The notes: a model not told the origin generated them from the letters alone. A stretch of 64,000 nucleotides of DNA from Myxococcales bacterium (GCA_014240165.1 JAAZXM010000003.1:26347-90346); one strand, 5' to 3'; shown: positions 38,990 to 49,108, counted from the stretch's first letter. A program made the numbers and translations.

Positions 38990-39538
38990 CTAGTTGGGGG
39001 CGCGCTGCCAGGTCTGACTCCGGCCGAAGGCCTTGAGCCCGATATATCCGCGGACGATCAATTTGTCGCCTTCCAGCTTCAGGATACAGCTGTAGCTTTT
39101 GCCGCTATCGGGGTCCAGGATCTGCCCGCCGCTCCATTCGGGGCCGTCCGCTTGCATTCCCCAGAGGATGCGCATGCCTGCGATGGGCTTGTCCTTGAGT
39201 TCACCCTGGCAGGCGGTGCATAGCGCTGCAGGATCCGCCCCCTCCTTGATGATTTGAACGACGCGGGCGGCGAGCGTGTCCCCGGATTCGTAGATTCGGA
39301 TGATCGAGACCGGAGTCTTGCCGTCATCGTCGATACTCATCCATTCCCCCACCGGAGAGAGCGAGGAGGCGACGCCCGGGCCCGCGATAACCCAGCTCAG
39401 GCAAAGGGCGATTGCTGTAGCCAGCGGAACTCTCAAGGAAAAGCCTCTGGAAGGTACGGCTCGCTGATGTCTGGCGTGCGAGTTCTGCAGAGAAGCTGTG
39501 CATTGTCGACGTTTCATCGGTTGCCGGGAAAAGATCAT
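38990..39538 (-). CDS. DUF2147 domain protein
   Basis: SPVGEW, CTACQG, GGQILDPDSGKSY and VRGYIG...GRSQTW motifs. Start overlaps the upstream stop (ATGA); alternative start 39517. Confidence 0.88.
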   Translation of the reverse strand: MIFSRQPMKRRQCTASLQNSHARHQRAVPSRGFSLRVPLATAIALCLSWVIAGPGVASSLSPVGEWMSIDDDGKTPVSIIRIYESGDTLAARVVQIIKEGADPAALCTACQGELKDKPIAGMRILWGMQADGPEWSGGQILDPDSGKSYSCILKLEGDKLIVRGYIGLKAFGRSQTWQRAPN

Positions 39539-40701
39539 TTGCCGAGGGGCCCGATCATGGTTTCCGCGATCTTGCTCCGTTGGTGGACGCCGTCTCCGTA
39601 AAGAGATTGGTTGTGCATGCTTCGCTTGAAGAAAATGTGCACGTCGGATTCCCATGTAAAGCCGATGCCGCCGTGCAGTTGCACGGAGCGGTCCGATATG
39701 AATGCGCCTGCGTCTGAGGCAGCACTCTTCGCCATACGGGCCGCATCAAGGGAGCTTGGGTCCCCGACGTCGATGAAACTCGCCGCGCGGTAGATCAGCG
39801 AGCGAGCCCGGTCGATATCCATCATGGCATTGACCAAGGGGTGCTTGACCGCTTGGAAAAAGCCGATGGGGCGGTCGAATTGTTTGCGATCCTTTGCATA
39901 TTCGACGGTGGCTTGCAGTTGCCATTCCGCACAACCGCAGAGGTCCGCGGCAACGGTGACGAGGATAGACGGCCATGCCCGGAGGAGGGCGGCCTCGGCG
40001 GCAGGTCCGATAACGTTCTCGGGCGGGATACGCACCTCTTGGAGGTGGAGAGTCGCCTGGTCGCGGGTGAGGTCATGGATATGATCCTGGCTGAGATCAA
40101 GGCCTTTGGATTCCGCCGGCACGGCGCAGAGCACCCGCTCGTCGCCGATTTGCGCCGCAGTGAGGAAGAAATCCGACTTGAAGGCGTCCTGGACGAAAAA
40201 TGCGCTGCCGTCCAATACGAGATCATCCCCATCGCGGCGAGCGGTGATTTCGCCATCGGCGGGTTCCCAACTCCCCCTGGAGTCGGTGATCGCCAGGGAG
40301 GCAGTCGCGCCTGCGGCGATCCGGTTCATCCAAAGTTCCGTTCCCGGTCCCTCGGCCTCTCGCAGTACGTAGCTGGCATTCAGAGTCGCAACGAGAGGGG
40401 AGGGAAGGGCGTGACGCCCGATTTCCTCAACGAGGCCGACAATGCCGGCTTGCTTGAAGCCGACACCCCCCGCCGCCTCTGGGATGGCGAGCCCTGTCCA
40501 GCCCAATTCGACAATTTCCTTCCAGAGGGCTTCATCCCATGCCTGGCGTTCACCCCTTTCGTAGACGGCATCCGAGTCCTTGCAGACGAGATCGCGCAAA
40601 GTCTCGATGGGGAACCGCTCGCCGAGAAAACTGCGAGCGAGATCTCGCAGCATCGCCTCGTCTTCGCCGAAGCCAAAATCTTTCGGGGGTGCATCGCTCA
40701 T
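39535..40701 (-). CDS. Acyl-CoA dehydrogenase family protein (probable non-catalytic subunit of a heteromeric ACAD)
   Basis: ELGWTGLAIPE, RKQFDRPIGFFQAVKH and QLHGGIGFTWE motifs. Confidence 0.9.
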   Translation of the reverse strand: MSDAPPKDFGFGEDEAMLRDLARSFLGERFPIETLRDLVCKDSDAVYERGERQAWDEALWKEIVELGWTGLAIPEAAGGVGFKQAGIVGLVEEIGRHALPSPLVATLNASYVLREAEGPGTELWMNRIAAGATASLAITDSRGSWEPADGEITARRDGDDLVLDGSAFFVQDAFKSDFFLTAAQIGDERVLCAVPAESKGLDLSQDHIHDLTRDQATLHLQEVRIPPENVIGPAAEAALLRAWPSILVTVAADLCGCAEWQLQATVEYAKDRKQFDRPIGFFQAVKHPLVNAMMDIDRARSLIYRAASFIDVGDPSSLDAARMAKSAASDAGAFISDRSVQLHGGIGFTWESDVHIFFKRSMHNQSLYGDGVHQRSKIAETMIGPLGK

Positions 40702-40762
40702 ACTCTTTTCCCTCTCGGTCGTGCGCCCGGCGAAGGGCAGGGGGCTGGGATCGTGTCGGGAG

Positions 40763-41965
40763 TCATTTTGATTTCGGAAGCCCGAGAACTCGCTCGCCCA
40801 GGATATTGCGCTGGATCTCGTTGGATCCCGCCGCGATGGTCATCCCGTAGGTGTTCATGTAGGACATTGGCCAATGGCCCTTGTCGGGCGCCGCACTGTC
40901 GTTCTTGTAGAGAGTTGAACGCGCACCTGCGATATCCACGCCGAGTCGCGCGAGCCGTTGCTGGAATTCGCTCGAGCTGACCTTCTGTTGCAGGGGGATT
41001 CGCATGGGGTGGTCGTTCAGGGCCGGAACGCGCGCTCGCCGCGATGAACTTCTAATGCCCTCGTGAGTAATGGCCAGTTGAACGATTGCATCGCGGGTGA
41101 CCGGGTCATCGGCTGCATTCTGGCCGTTTCGCTGGCTCCCTCGAGCGAGTTGAATCAGTTTGTCGAGGGGATTCGACGCCGAGTTTCCGCCTCCGGCACC
41201 CTCGCCAGCACCGCGCTCGAAGGTGAGCGTTGTCATGGCCACGGTCCAGCCCTTGCCCACATCATCGAGGCGCAATGCGTCGGGAATCACGGCGTCGTCG
41301 AAGAAAACTTCGTTGAAACCGGTTTCTCCCGTCATCTTGACCAGGGGCTTGACGCTCACGCCCGGGTGGCCCTCGATGGGACAGAGGAAATAGGTCAGGC
41401 CATCGTATTTGTGGTCGCGGCTCGTTCGGGCCAGGAGAATCATCCATTTGGCGAAGTGCCCGAAAGAGGTCCAGACCTTGTGGCCATTGACGACCCACTC
41501 GTCGCCGCTGCGGGATGCGAAGGTCTGCTGGTTGGCCATGTCGGACCCAGCGCCGGGTTCGCTGAAACCCTGGCACCAGATCTCCTCCGCCGAGAGGGCG
41601 CCGGGAATGAATTTCCGCTTCTGTTCTTCGGTGCCATGTTCCAGAACGGTGGGCACCATCATGGTGAGACCGACGACGTTGACCATGAAGGGAGCGCCCG
41701 CATCGGCGAGCGCACGGTTCGCGATTGACTGGCAGGCATTGTGGCCATGCCCCCCGTAATCGGTGGGAACGTCCGTGCCGACAAGGCCGGCTTCGTAGCA
41801 GCGTCGCTGCCAATCCCTCAAGTAGTCGATCTGCGGAGCGGTTTTGACCTCGAGCGGCGTCAAGGGCAGCCGGACGCTGGGGGCGGGCGCGGGGTTCTGG
41901 GCGGTCCATTGCCTCGCGTATTGCTGAAACTCGAGTTGTTCAGAAGTCAGGCTGGCGTCCGGCAA
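40763..41965 (-). CDS. Acyl-CoA dehydrogenase (probable catalytic subunit of a heteromeric ACAD)
   Basis: TTG after GAGGAG. WCQGFSEPGAGSD, NGHKVWTS, FNEVFFD, TTLTFER and TIAAGSNEIQRNILGERVLGLP motifs. Confidence 0.92.
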   Translation of the reverse strand: MPDASLTSEQLEFQQYARQWTAQNPAPAPSVRLPLTPLEVKTAPQIDYLRDWQRRCYEAGLVGTDVPTDYGGHGHNACQSIANRALADAGAPFMVNVVGLTMMVPTVLEHGTEEQKRKFIPGALSAEEIWCQGFSEPGAGSDMANQQTFASRSGDEWVVNGHKVWTSFGHFAKWMILLARTSRDHKYDGLTYFLCPIEGHPGVSVKPLVKMTGETGFNEVFFDDAVIPDALRLDDVGKGWTVAMTTLTFERGAGEGAGGGNSASNPLDKLIQLARGSQRNGQNAADDPVTRDAIVQLAITHEGIRSSSRRARVPALNDHPMRIPLQQKVSSSEFQQRLARLGVDIAGARSTLYKNDSAAPDKGHWPMSYMNTYGMTIAAGSNEIQRNILGERVLGLPKSK

Positions 41966-42201
41966 AGGTCTCTCCTCAATAGGGGGGCCGGGGAACACGC
42001 GTCGGCGGGTATGGCTCGTTTCCCCACGGATGATCTCGCAACCCAGAGTTACGTATAGCTTTCCGGGTGGGGAGTCGCTCGTACCACCGAAAGGGACATG
42101 AAGCCTTCCAGAGGGCAAAGAGCGGGGGTTTCGCTTCTCTCCGCCCGCGGGCTCTTCTATAGTGATCGGGTTGAAAAAGAGGTTTTCCCGAGGGAGAAGT
42201 C

Positions 42202-44427
42202 ATGAGCGAGTCGATGCAAACCGAAGACTCATCGCAAAGCAAGCATGTGGTCTGCACGATCTGTGATATCGGCTGCCAGTTGCGTGCCGAAGTCAAAGAT
42301 GGCCGGCTGGCGCGAATCCTTCCCCACGAGAACCCGCTCCTGGCCCGGAATATCTGTTATAAGGGCGTCGCGGCGCCAGATATTCATAACCACGAGGACC
42401 GCCTGCGCGTTCCGCTGAAGCGGGTCGGCGAGCGTGGCGAGGATCGCTGGGAGGAGATCTCCTACGACCAGGCCATGGATGAGATTGCCGAGCGCCTATC
42501 CGCCGTGATCGAGGCGCATGGTCCTGAAGCATTCGCGGTATCCACATCGGGTTGGAATACCCAAACAACGCACAGCATGGACCGCCGTTTCATGAATCTG
42601 CTGGGTAGCCCGAATTGGATCAGCGGGGTTTCGCTCTGCGCGGGAAATACCGCGGCGGTGAATCGCTTGACCTACGGCTGGTTCCCCATGCCCGAAATAG
42701 CCAATACGAAATGCGTCGTTCTCTTCGGTCATAATCCGCGCCCGCATTCGTGGACGCCGATCTACAACGCGATCAATTTCGCCCGCTCCCAGGGGGCGAA
42801 GGTGATTGTCCTCGACCCGAGAGTTTCAAGCCAGGCCGAAGTCGCCGATCTGCATCTTCGCCTTCGGTCGGGAACGGACGCAGCCATGTGCCTTGGGTGG
42901 CTGAAGGTCATCTTTGATGAAGGCCTCTACGACGAAGACTTCGTTCGGGATTGGTGCGTGGGCTTCGAGGAACTCCGGGCGCGGGTGGACGAATACCCCC
43001 TCGAGCGAGTCGAGGCGATCACCGGTGTCGACCGGGAGTTGATCGCCGAAGCCGCTCGGATGTACGCAAGCGCCGATTCTGCAGTGATTCCCTGGACTCC
43101 GATTACGGATCAGCAGATTTCTTCGACCTCGGCGATTCGGCTGCACTCGATTCTTCGGGCCGTGACGGGAAACCTGGACACACCCGGGGGTGAGGGCTTG
43201 GGCGGTTTCAATCCGGGGTATATCCCGGAATCCGAGCTTGGCCTGCACGAAGTGCTTTCGACTGAACAGAAAGCGAAACAACTCGGGTATGACCAACATC
43301 CTGCCTACACCTATCGCGTGGCGGAGATTCTCCGCGATGCCACTGAGAAGACCTGGGGCTACCCCTACGCAGATATCGTGATGGGCTGCCAGATGGCGAA
43401 CCCCTCGCTGGTTTTCCGCGCGATGGAGAATGCCGATCCCTATCCCATCAAGGCGTTCTTTGCCTTGGGGAACAACGCGCTGCTCAGCTACCCCAATCAG
43501 AATCAGATTCACCGGGCGTTGCTGAATCAAGATCTCATCGTGTCGCATGAAATATTCATGACACCGACGGCCATGCTGGCGGATTACGTGCTTCCGGGAG
43601 ACGTTTTCAGCGAGCGCAACCATGTGGCGGACTCCTGGAGTTGGAGCACTCGCCTCACACTCTCGGAAAAGGCGGTGGACCCACCGCCCGAGGCATCGAG
43701 CACGTTCCAATTCTGGTCGGATCTCGCCCAGCGGATGGGGCTGGGGGAGCATTTTCCTTGGAAGAGCTTGGATGAAGTCCTCGATCACCGCTTGTCACGC
43801 TCGGGACGGAAATTCTCGGACTTCGCGGCGGGGGCGGGAATGGAAGCACCGCCTGCGGAGTACCGGAAATACGAGAAGATCGGATTCGCGACGCCCTCAG
43901 GAAAGGTAGAACTCTATTCCAGCGTTTTGGAGGAACTCGGCTTCGATCCATTGCCCTATCACCGGGATGGAGCCGCGACCAGTGCGGATTACCCGTATCG
44001 GATCTTCACGGGCGTTCGCGAGGACGCATTCTTCCAGACGGGTCAGCGGAATATCCGCGTCCTGCGCCGAAAATCCCCTCTGCCCCAGCTCTTTCTCCAT
44101 CCCGAAGACGCCACCCGGGAAGGCCTGTCCGATGGCGATTGGGCGCGTCTCGAAACCGAGTTCGGCCACGTGACGGCCCAGGTTTCCGTTCAGGAATCCA
44201 TGAAGGAGGGGCATGTCCGGGTACCCCATGGCTGGTGGTATCCCGAACTTCGGGGCAAGGAGCCCCTGGCGGGCGCCTTTCTCTCGAGTGACGCCGTGCT
44301 CTGTTCGGACGAAGCAGAATACCTGGATTACGAACAGGGTATTCCGAACTTCAAGGGGTTCCCAGGCCGTGTGGTACAGGCTGAGGCCCCCAAGAGTTTT
44401 CCCGCCATGTTCTCCGAGAAGCGTTAG
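42202..44427 (+). CDS. Acetylene hydratase-like W/Mo-bisPGD enzyme (DMSO reductase family)
   Basis: CTICDIGC...ICYK [4Fe-4S] motif with Asp after Cys2. RRFMNLLGSPNW...LCAGNT, WCVGFEEL, IPW, ATPSGKVELYSSV, VREDAFFQ and PHGWW...EQGIPNF closely match recalled Pelobacter acetylenicus AH segments. No signal peptide. Confidence 0.85.
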   Translation: MSESMQTEDSSQSKHVVCTICDIGCQLRAEVKDGRLARILPHENPLLARNICYKGVAAPDIHNHEDRLRVPLKRVGERGEDRWEEISYDQAMDEIAERLSAVIEAHGPEAFAVSTSGWNTQTTHSMDRRFMNLLGSPNWISGVSLCAGNTAAVNRLTYGWFPMPEIANTKCVVLFGHNPRPHSWTPIYNAINFARSQGAKVIVLDPRVSSQAEVADLHLRLRSGTDAAMCLGWLKVIFDEGLYDEDFVRDWCVGFEELRARVDEYPLERVEAITGVDRELIAEAARMYASADSAVIPWTPITDQQISSTSAIRLHSILRAVTGNLDTPGGEGLGGFNPGYIPESELGLHEVLSTEQKAKQLGYDQHPAYTYRVAEILRDATEKTWGYPYADIVMGCQMANPSLVFRAMENADPYPIKAFFALGNNALLSYPNQNQIHRALLNQDLIVSHEIFMTPTAMLADYVLPGDVFSERNHVADSWSWSTRLTLSEKAVDPPPEASSTFQFWSDLAQRMGLGEHFPWKSLDEVLDHRLSRSGRKFSDFAAGAGMEAPPAEYRKYEKIGFATPSGKVELYSSVLEELGFDPLPYHRDGAATSADYPYRIFTGVREDAFFQTGQRNIRVLRRKSPLPQLFLHPEDATREGLSDGDWARLETEFGHVTAQVSVQESMKEGHVRVPHGWWYPELRGKEPLAGAFLSSDAVLCSDEAEYLDYEQGIPNFKGFPGRVVQAEAPKSFPAMFSEKR

Positions 44428-44454
44428 CCAGGCCCAGGCGAGAGCGGCCTGCGC

Positions 44455-45909
44455 CTAATAGTCTCGCCAGCGCTGCTTGATATGGGATTGTCGGATCGCG
44501 ATTTCTTCCTGTCTTTCTTCGGCGCCGACCTTCGGGGTGCCGGCGGGCAAGATGTCGCCCAGAGCTTCGAGCTTGATCAGCGTGGCTTCGGCGGTGGGGG
44601 CCTGATCGGTAGGCGGATTCTCGCGGAAGAGAAATCGCATGGCGTGGATGCCCTTTTTGAGCCCGGTGGTATCGACCCAGCCCTGCACCCCCGGGTCCTG
44701 GTGGGCAATGATGTAGTAGCGCGAACCATCGCTGGCGATGGGAAGTTGGTGCCCGCTCAAACTTGAAGTGTAATTCTGTTGGTCGGGGCCCTCGAACCAG
44801 AAGTTGTTCAACTGGAAGCCAATATAGTGGGGCTCCAGCGGCGCCGTGACCTTGATCACAAGAGCCTCGTCCTGGGCGATATGAAAGAGTCCGGCTGCGT
44901 AGAGTTGGCGCGCCCCGGCAACTCCGCCCGCCGTGAAGGGGGGAGCCGGCGGGTTGATTCCGTTGATGGGGAGAGCCCGCTTCCCGTCGCCGTTGACATC
45001 ACGCCTCACCTCGAGGGCCATTTCCTGAACGAGTTGCCAAAAGCGGATTTGATTGGGCAATTCCCGGCCGATTTCTTCGAGCTTTTGGCTAATGACTTTC
45101 GCTGTGATGGGTGGGCGATTCTCACCCAGGGCATCGAGGCGAACGATCTCCATCTCGAGTGGGACTTCCTGCTCCCAATCCGAGAAGATTTCGCGGATGG
45201 ATAACCAGCGGGCTTCGCGGGTGGCGACCTCACCCGTGGCGGGGCAGGGCAGGCTGGCTCGAGTGAGCAGGAAATTGCCCTTATGCCTCTTGGGTCGTTC
45301 CGGTCCGAGAAGGATCTCGAAGCGATTTTCGGAGTCGAGGATCAAGTCAAAGCTGTTGACGAAATCCAAGGTTTGATTGCGGCATGAGGCCATTTCCGCC
45401 AGATCCCCCGTGGACCCGGGGATGGAGGTAATCGTCTGGAAGGTCACGATCCGAGGGGCCTTCGGCCCCGGGAGGCCGCGTTCCGAGGTCTTCCATTCAC
45501 GGGTGTCCGCGATTTGGCCCCTGATCCGGTAGAGGCCCTCGCCGTCCAAGGGGGCCTTCAAATACATCGCGTCGGGATTCTCTCCCGTCCACTTTCGAAG
45601 CATGTCCACCGAGCGGAAGAATTCCGGGTAGCGGGGGTCCTGACGAAGTTCGGTTTCGAGAATCCGGCCGAGATGAGCGAGGAGGTAGCGATAGCCCTCA
45701 GCGAGATTTCGATCGCTGGGCGGAGGCGGAAAGGCGGCCGGATCGGTCAAGCTCTCCTGGGCCGTTGCCAAGCCTTCCATGAACTTGGCCCATCCCTGTT
45801 CGAGGCTTTCGTCGGTCCACGCGGGGCTCGCCACGAGAAAGAGAGAAAGCACAAAAGACGAAATGAGCAGAAGTTGGGAAAAACGGGCGTGCATGCGGGC
45901 AATCCTCAT
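44455..45909 (-). CDS. Secreted DUF1214-like protein
   Basis: Signal peptide. AEGYRYL, GENPDAMY, REIFSDW, DEALVI and IIAHQDPGVQGWVDTTG motifs. Confidence 0.65.
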   Translation of the reverse strand: MRIARMHARFSQLLLISSFVLSLFLVASPAWTDESLEQGWAKFMEGLATAQESLTDPAAFPPPPSDRNLAEGYRYLLAHLGRILETELRQDPRYPEFFRSVDMLRKWTGENPDAMYLKAPLDGEGLYRIRGQIADTREWKTSERGLPGPKAPRIVTFQTITSIPGSTGDLAEMASCRNQTLDFVNSFDLILDSENRFEILLGPERPKRHKGNFLLTRASLPCPATGEVATREARWLSIREIFSDWEQEVPLEMEIVRLDALGENRPPITAKVISQKLEEIGRELPNQIRFWQLVQEMALEVRRDVNGDGKRALPINGINPPAPPFTAGGVAGARQLYAAGLFHIAQDEALVIKVTAPLEPHYIGFQLNNFWFEGPDQQNYTSSLSGHQLPIASDGSRYYIIAHQDPGVQGWVDTTGLKKGIHAMRFLFRENPPTDQAPTAEATLIKLEALGDILPAGTPKVGAEERQEEIAIRQSHIKQRWRDY

Positions 45910-46066
45910 TCCTTAATGAAAGCCGTTTCGGGATCCCGAATGATCTGAGGTCGGGCATTGTGTTCGAAAGGGGGTCGCGTTTTCATGGGCGACGGTCCAA
46001 GCGCCTTTCGCTGGCAAATCCTCGAGACCGGCGACGTTTTCAAGTCCAATGATATTGGCTTCCTGT

Positions 46067-47899
46067 TCATGGCTTTCTCCCAGGGGATTCGGAATTCGAG
46101 TCGTAGACACATTCGCCATTGACCCAGGTCCCGAGCACTTGAATTTCGTTGATGGACGTCGGCTCGACGCTTCGGGGGTCGGCATCCAGGATCACGAAAT
46201 CCGCGTATTTTCCCTTCTCGAGGCTGCCCACCTCATGGTCCGAGTGGCATTGCCAGGCCGAGTCTAGGGTGGCGGCACGAAGGGCGGCCTCCACGGGGAC
46301 GCACTCCTCCGGCGAAAGGAGCGCATCGGATCGCCAGCGGGTTCGCGTAACGGCGTTCTCGATGCATCGGAGCGGCCCCATCTCGGTGACGGGATCGTCC
46401 GAGTGAAGGGTCCAGCGAATTCCCGCTTCCTCGCAGGCGCCCGTGCGGTCCAGCTTGGCGGCTTTCTCGGGTCCGAAGAGGTCTTCGACGAAGGCGTTGC
46501 CCCAATAGTAGACGTGTCCAATCAGGAAGCTGGGCGAGATCCTGAGGGCCTTCATGCGCTCGATGTGTTCGTCATGAAGAATGCTGCAATGCTCGATCCG
46601 GGAGCGGCGCCCGCCCGGGTCGAGGCCCAGGCGATCGGCCCTTTCGTAGGCGTCGAGGACACGATCGATGGCTGCGTCCCCGTTGGCGTGGACGCAGATC
46701 GCCCAGCCCTCGCGCAGGCGTTGCTCGACCGCTTGTTCAAGCTCTTCGGTCTCGATATAGGCGATTCCCTTCTCCTTGGAGTTCAAGAAGGGGTCGCGTT
46801 GAAGCCCGGTTCGACCCTGGTTCGATCCGTCGCTGACGATCTTCCAGCCCGTCACGCGGACCCATTCGTCTCCGTGTCCCCAGGCGATCTCGGTTCGATC
46901 CCATTGCTTCGCAATGGCGTTTCCGAGCGAGTAGCGAAACCGCGCAGTCATCCGGTTGCTCTCCCTGAGCGCACCATAGAGTTCGAGTTCTCGGGCACCT
47001 TGGAAGAGCCCGGTGCCCTGGTCGCAGAGGGTCGTGATCCCCACACGATTGGCTCGATGGAAAACCTCCAGGCAGGCTTCGGCCATGTTCTGATTGTGAA
47101 GGTGGGGGTTGTGGCGCGCGACCAGCGCCATGGCGGGGCCCGCTTTGAGAACTCCGTTGGGCTCGCCGTCGGCGTCCTTCACGATTTCCGAGCCCGCCGG
47201 GACTTCGGTTTGCGCGGTGATGCCTGCGATTTCCAAGGCCTTCGAATTGCAATACGCCAGGTGGAGCGATGCGTTGTAGACAAAGACCGGATGCTCGGTG
47301 CTGGCCTCGTCCAGCATGGCCCGGGTGAGGGCATCGGGTCCCTCTTGGAGGGAGGGGTCGAATTGCCGGCCCACCACCCACTGGCCATCGGGGGTCGCGT
47401 CCGCCACGGCCTTCAAGTGGTCGATGGCTTCGGTGATGGTTTCGAAGCGGAAGGGGCCGACATTCTCAAAAGAGTCCAAGAGGGCGAGTGGAGGCAGATG
47501 CATGTGGGGCTCGACAAAACCGGGCATCACGAACTGACCCTCGAAATCGATTGCTTCGACATCTTCCGCGAGTTTCGGTTTTTGCGCTGCCTCTCCGATC
47601 CAGGCAATTTTCCCATCTTGAATAAGGAGTGAATCCGCGTGGGGCGCGTCGGGATTCATGGTCATGATGCGCGCGTTCGAGATGAGGAGCGAAGGGGCAA
47701 GCCCAAGGGGATCCCGGCGGAGTTCCTTTGCATGGCGGGCCAGGTCGACCTCGGCAAGGCGCAGGGTTTCTTTGAAGACGTTCGCGCAGCAAGGGCAGGC
47801 GAACGGGTCGCTGGCATGGCCCTCAGGAACGAGGGCAGAAGGTCGGAGCGTCTGGCTCGGGGGGACGGGCTCGGTGGAGTCAGGGAAAGAGCGGTACAT
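46067..47899 (-). CDS. Amidohydrolase 3 (YtcJ-like) family protein
   Basis: MPGFVEPHMH, KIVSDGS, HANGDAA, RIEHC, HSDDPV and GSLEKGKYADFVIL motifs. Confidence 0.9.
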   Translation of the reverse strand: MYRSFPDSTEPVPPSQTLRPSALVPEGHASDPFACPCCANVFKETLRLAEVDLARHAKELRRDPLGLAPSLLISNARIMTMNPDAPHADSLLIQDGKIAWIGEAAQKPKLAEDVEAIDFEGQFVMPGFVEPHMHLPPLALLDSFENVGPFRFETITEAIDHLKAVADATPDGQWVVGRQFDPSLQEGPDALTRAMLDEASTEHPVFVYNASLHLAYCNSKALEIAGITAQTEVPAGSEIVKDADGEPNGVLKAGPAMALVARHNPHLHNQNMAEACLEVFHRANRVGITTLCDQGTGLFQGARELELYGALRESNRMTARFRYSLGNAIAKQWDRTEIAWGHGDEWVRVTGWKIVSDGSNQGRTGLQRDPFLNSKEKGIAYIETEELEQAVEQRLREGWAICVHANGDAAIDRVLDAYERADRLGLDPGGRRSRIEHCSILHDEHIERMKALRISPSFLIGHVYYWGNAFVEDLFGPEKAAKLDRTGACEEAGIRWTLHSDDPVTEMGPLRCIENAVTRTRWRSDALLSPEECVPVEAALRAATLDSAWQCHSDHEVGSLEKGKYADFVILDADPRSVEPTSINEIQVLGTWVNGECVYDSNSESPGRKP

Positions 47900-48127
47900 C
47901 GCGTCTCCTTATTTCTAAAGCGGGCCACGCGATGGAAAATCGGCGGCGGAGATTGTCCGGCGGGGCCATGGCGACTCCGGAATCACGCATGCCATGATCA
48001 TATGCCGGATTGGGCCCGCCGCCCCGTATGCTTTTTTGAGTATGTAGAGTTCGAGCCCTCCGGAATGAGCCCGTGTCAACTATCCTCGGGCGACCACGTG
48101 CCCATTGGGGAATCGAAGGAGGTTCGT

Positions 48128-48967
48128 ATGCGTTTCGGAATCAAGACGGCGCCTCAACACACCACCTGGAACGAAATGCTCGATGTCTGGCGTGCGGCGG
48201 ACGCCATCGAACTCTTCGAATCGGCTTGGAATTTCGATCATTTCTACCCCCTTGTGGGGGATACGGAGGGTCCCTGTCTCGAATCCTGGGTCACCCTCTC
48301 GGCGCTGGCGCAAATGACATCCCGAATCCGCATCGGCTGCATGGTGAACGGAACTCCGTATCGGCACCCTGCGGTTCTGGCCAATATGGCGGCTTCACTG
48401 GATATCGTTTCCGGGGGCCGACTCGAATTGGGTTTGGGTGCGGGTTGGAATCAAGAGGAGAGCGAGGCCTACGGGATCGATCTGCTGCCCATGGGACAGC
48501 GAATGGATCGTTTCGAGGAATCGGTCGAGGTCATCACGCGCTTGCTGGGCAATGAGTCGACGAACTTCAAAGGGAAATATTTCAATCTCACCAACGCGCG
48601 TTGCGAACCCAAGGGGCCGCAACAACCGGCGCCCCCCATCGTGATCGGTGGAGGGGGAGAGAAGAGAACCCTGCGTATTGCCGCGCGCTTCGCCCAGCAT
48701 TGGAATCTGCCTTTCGCATCCCCGAATAAATTCAAGAGAAAGCATGAGATCCTGCTGGGGCATTGCGACGCGGTGGGGCGGGATCCATCGGAGATTCTTT
48801 GCTCTGTGCAAATCGCGTACGCTGCCGACCAGGATCCCCTCGAAGCTGTGGGGCAGGCCGCCGCGCTCTTCGAAGCCGGCGTGGGCATGGTGATCTTTAC
48901 CCTCCGGACGCCCTACCGGGCGGAGCGCGTCGATGCCCTCGCCAAGGCGCTGGAGACCCTGGGTTGA
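48128..48967 (+). CDS. LLM class (F420-dependent type) oxidoreductase
   Basis: AAGGAGG RBS. AWNFDHFYP, PYRHPAVLANMAASLDIVSGGRLELGLGAGW and IGGGGEKRTL motifs. Confidence 0.9.
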   Translation: MRFGIKTAPQHTTWNEMLDVWRAADAIELFESAWNFDHFYPLVGDTEGPCLESWVTLSALAQMTSRIRIGCMVNGTPYRHPAVLANMAASLDIVSGGRLELGLGAGWNQEESEAYGIDLLPMGQRMDRFEESVEVITRLLGNESTNFKGKYFNLTNARCEPKGPQQPAPPIVIGGGGEKRTLRIAARFAQHWNLPFASPNKFKRKHEILLGHCDAVGRDPSEILCSVQIAYAADQDPLEAVGQAAALFEAGVGMVIFTLRTPYRAERVDALAKALETLG

Positions 48968-49108
48968 GGGATCGCTCAGACTGACCCGGAAAGCGCAGGG
49001 AGCGAGAGGCTCGCTTGGGCGGGCCGTTTCCAAAGCGAGGGGAGGGCGATATCGTGCGGATCCATCCCGCGATCGCCGAGCCTGGGAGTGAACGGAAAGG
49101 GCGCCAAG

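Noticed and set aside
42202-44427. Formate dehydrogenase, nitrate reductase or DMSO reductase annotation
   Set aside because: It has no Tat signal and no partner Fe-S or membrane subunits, and the sequence follows acetylene hydratase motifs, including Asp next to the cluster Cys.
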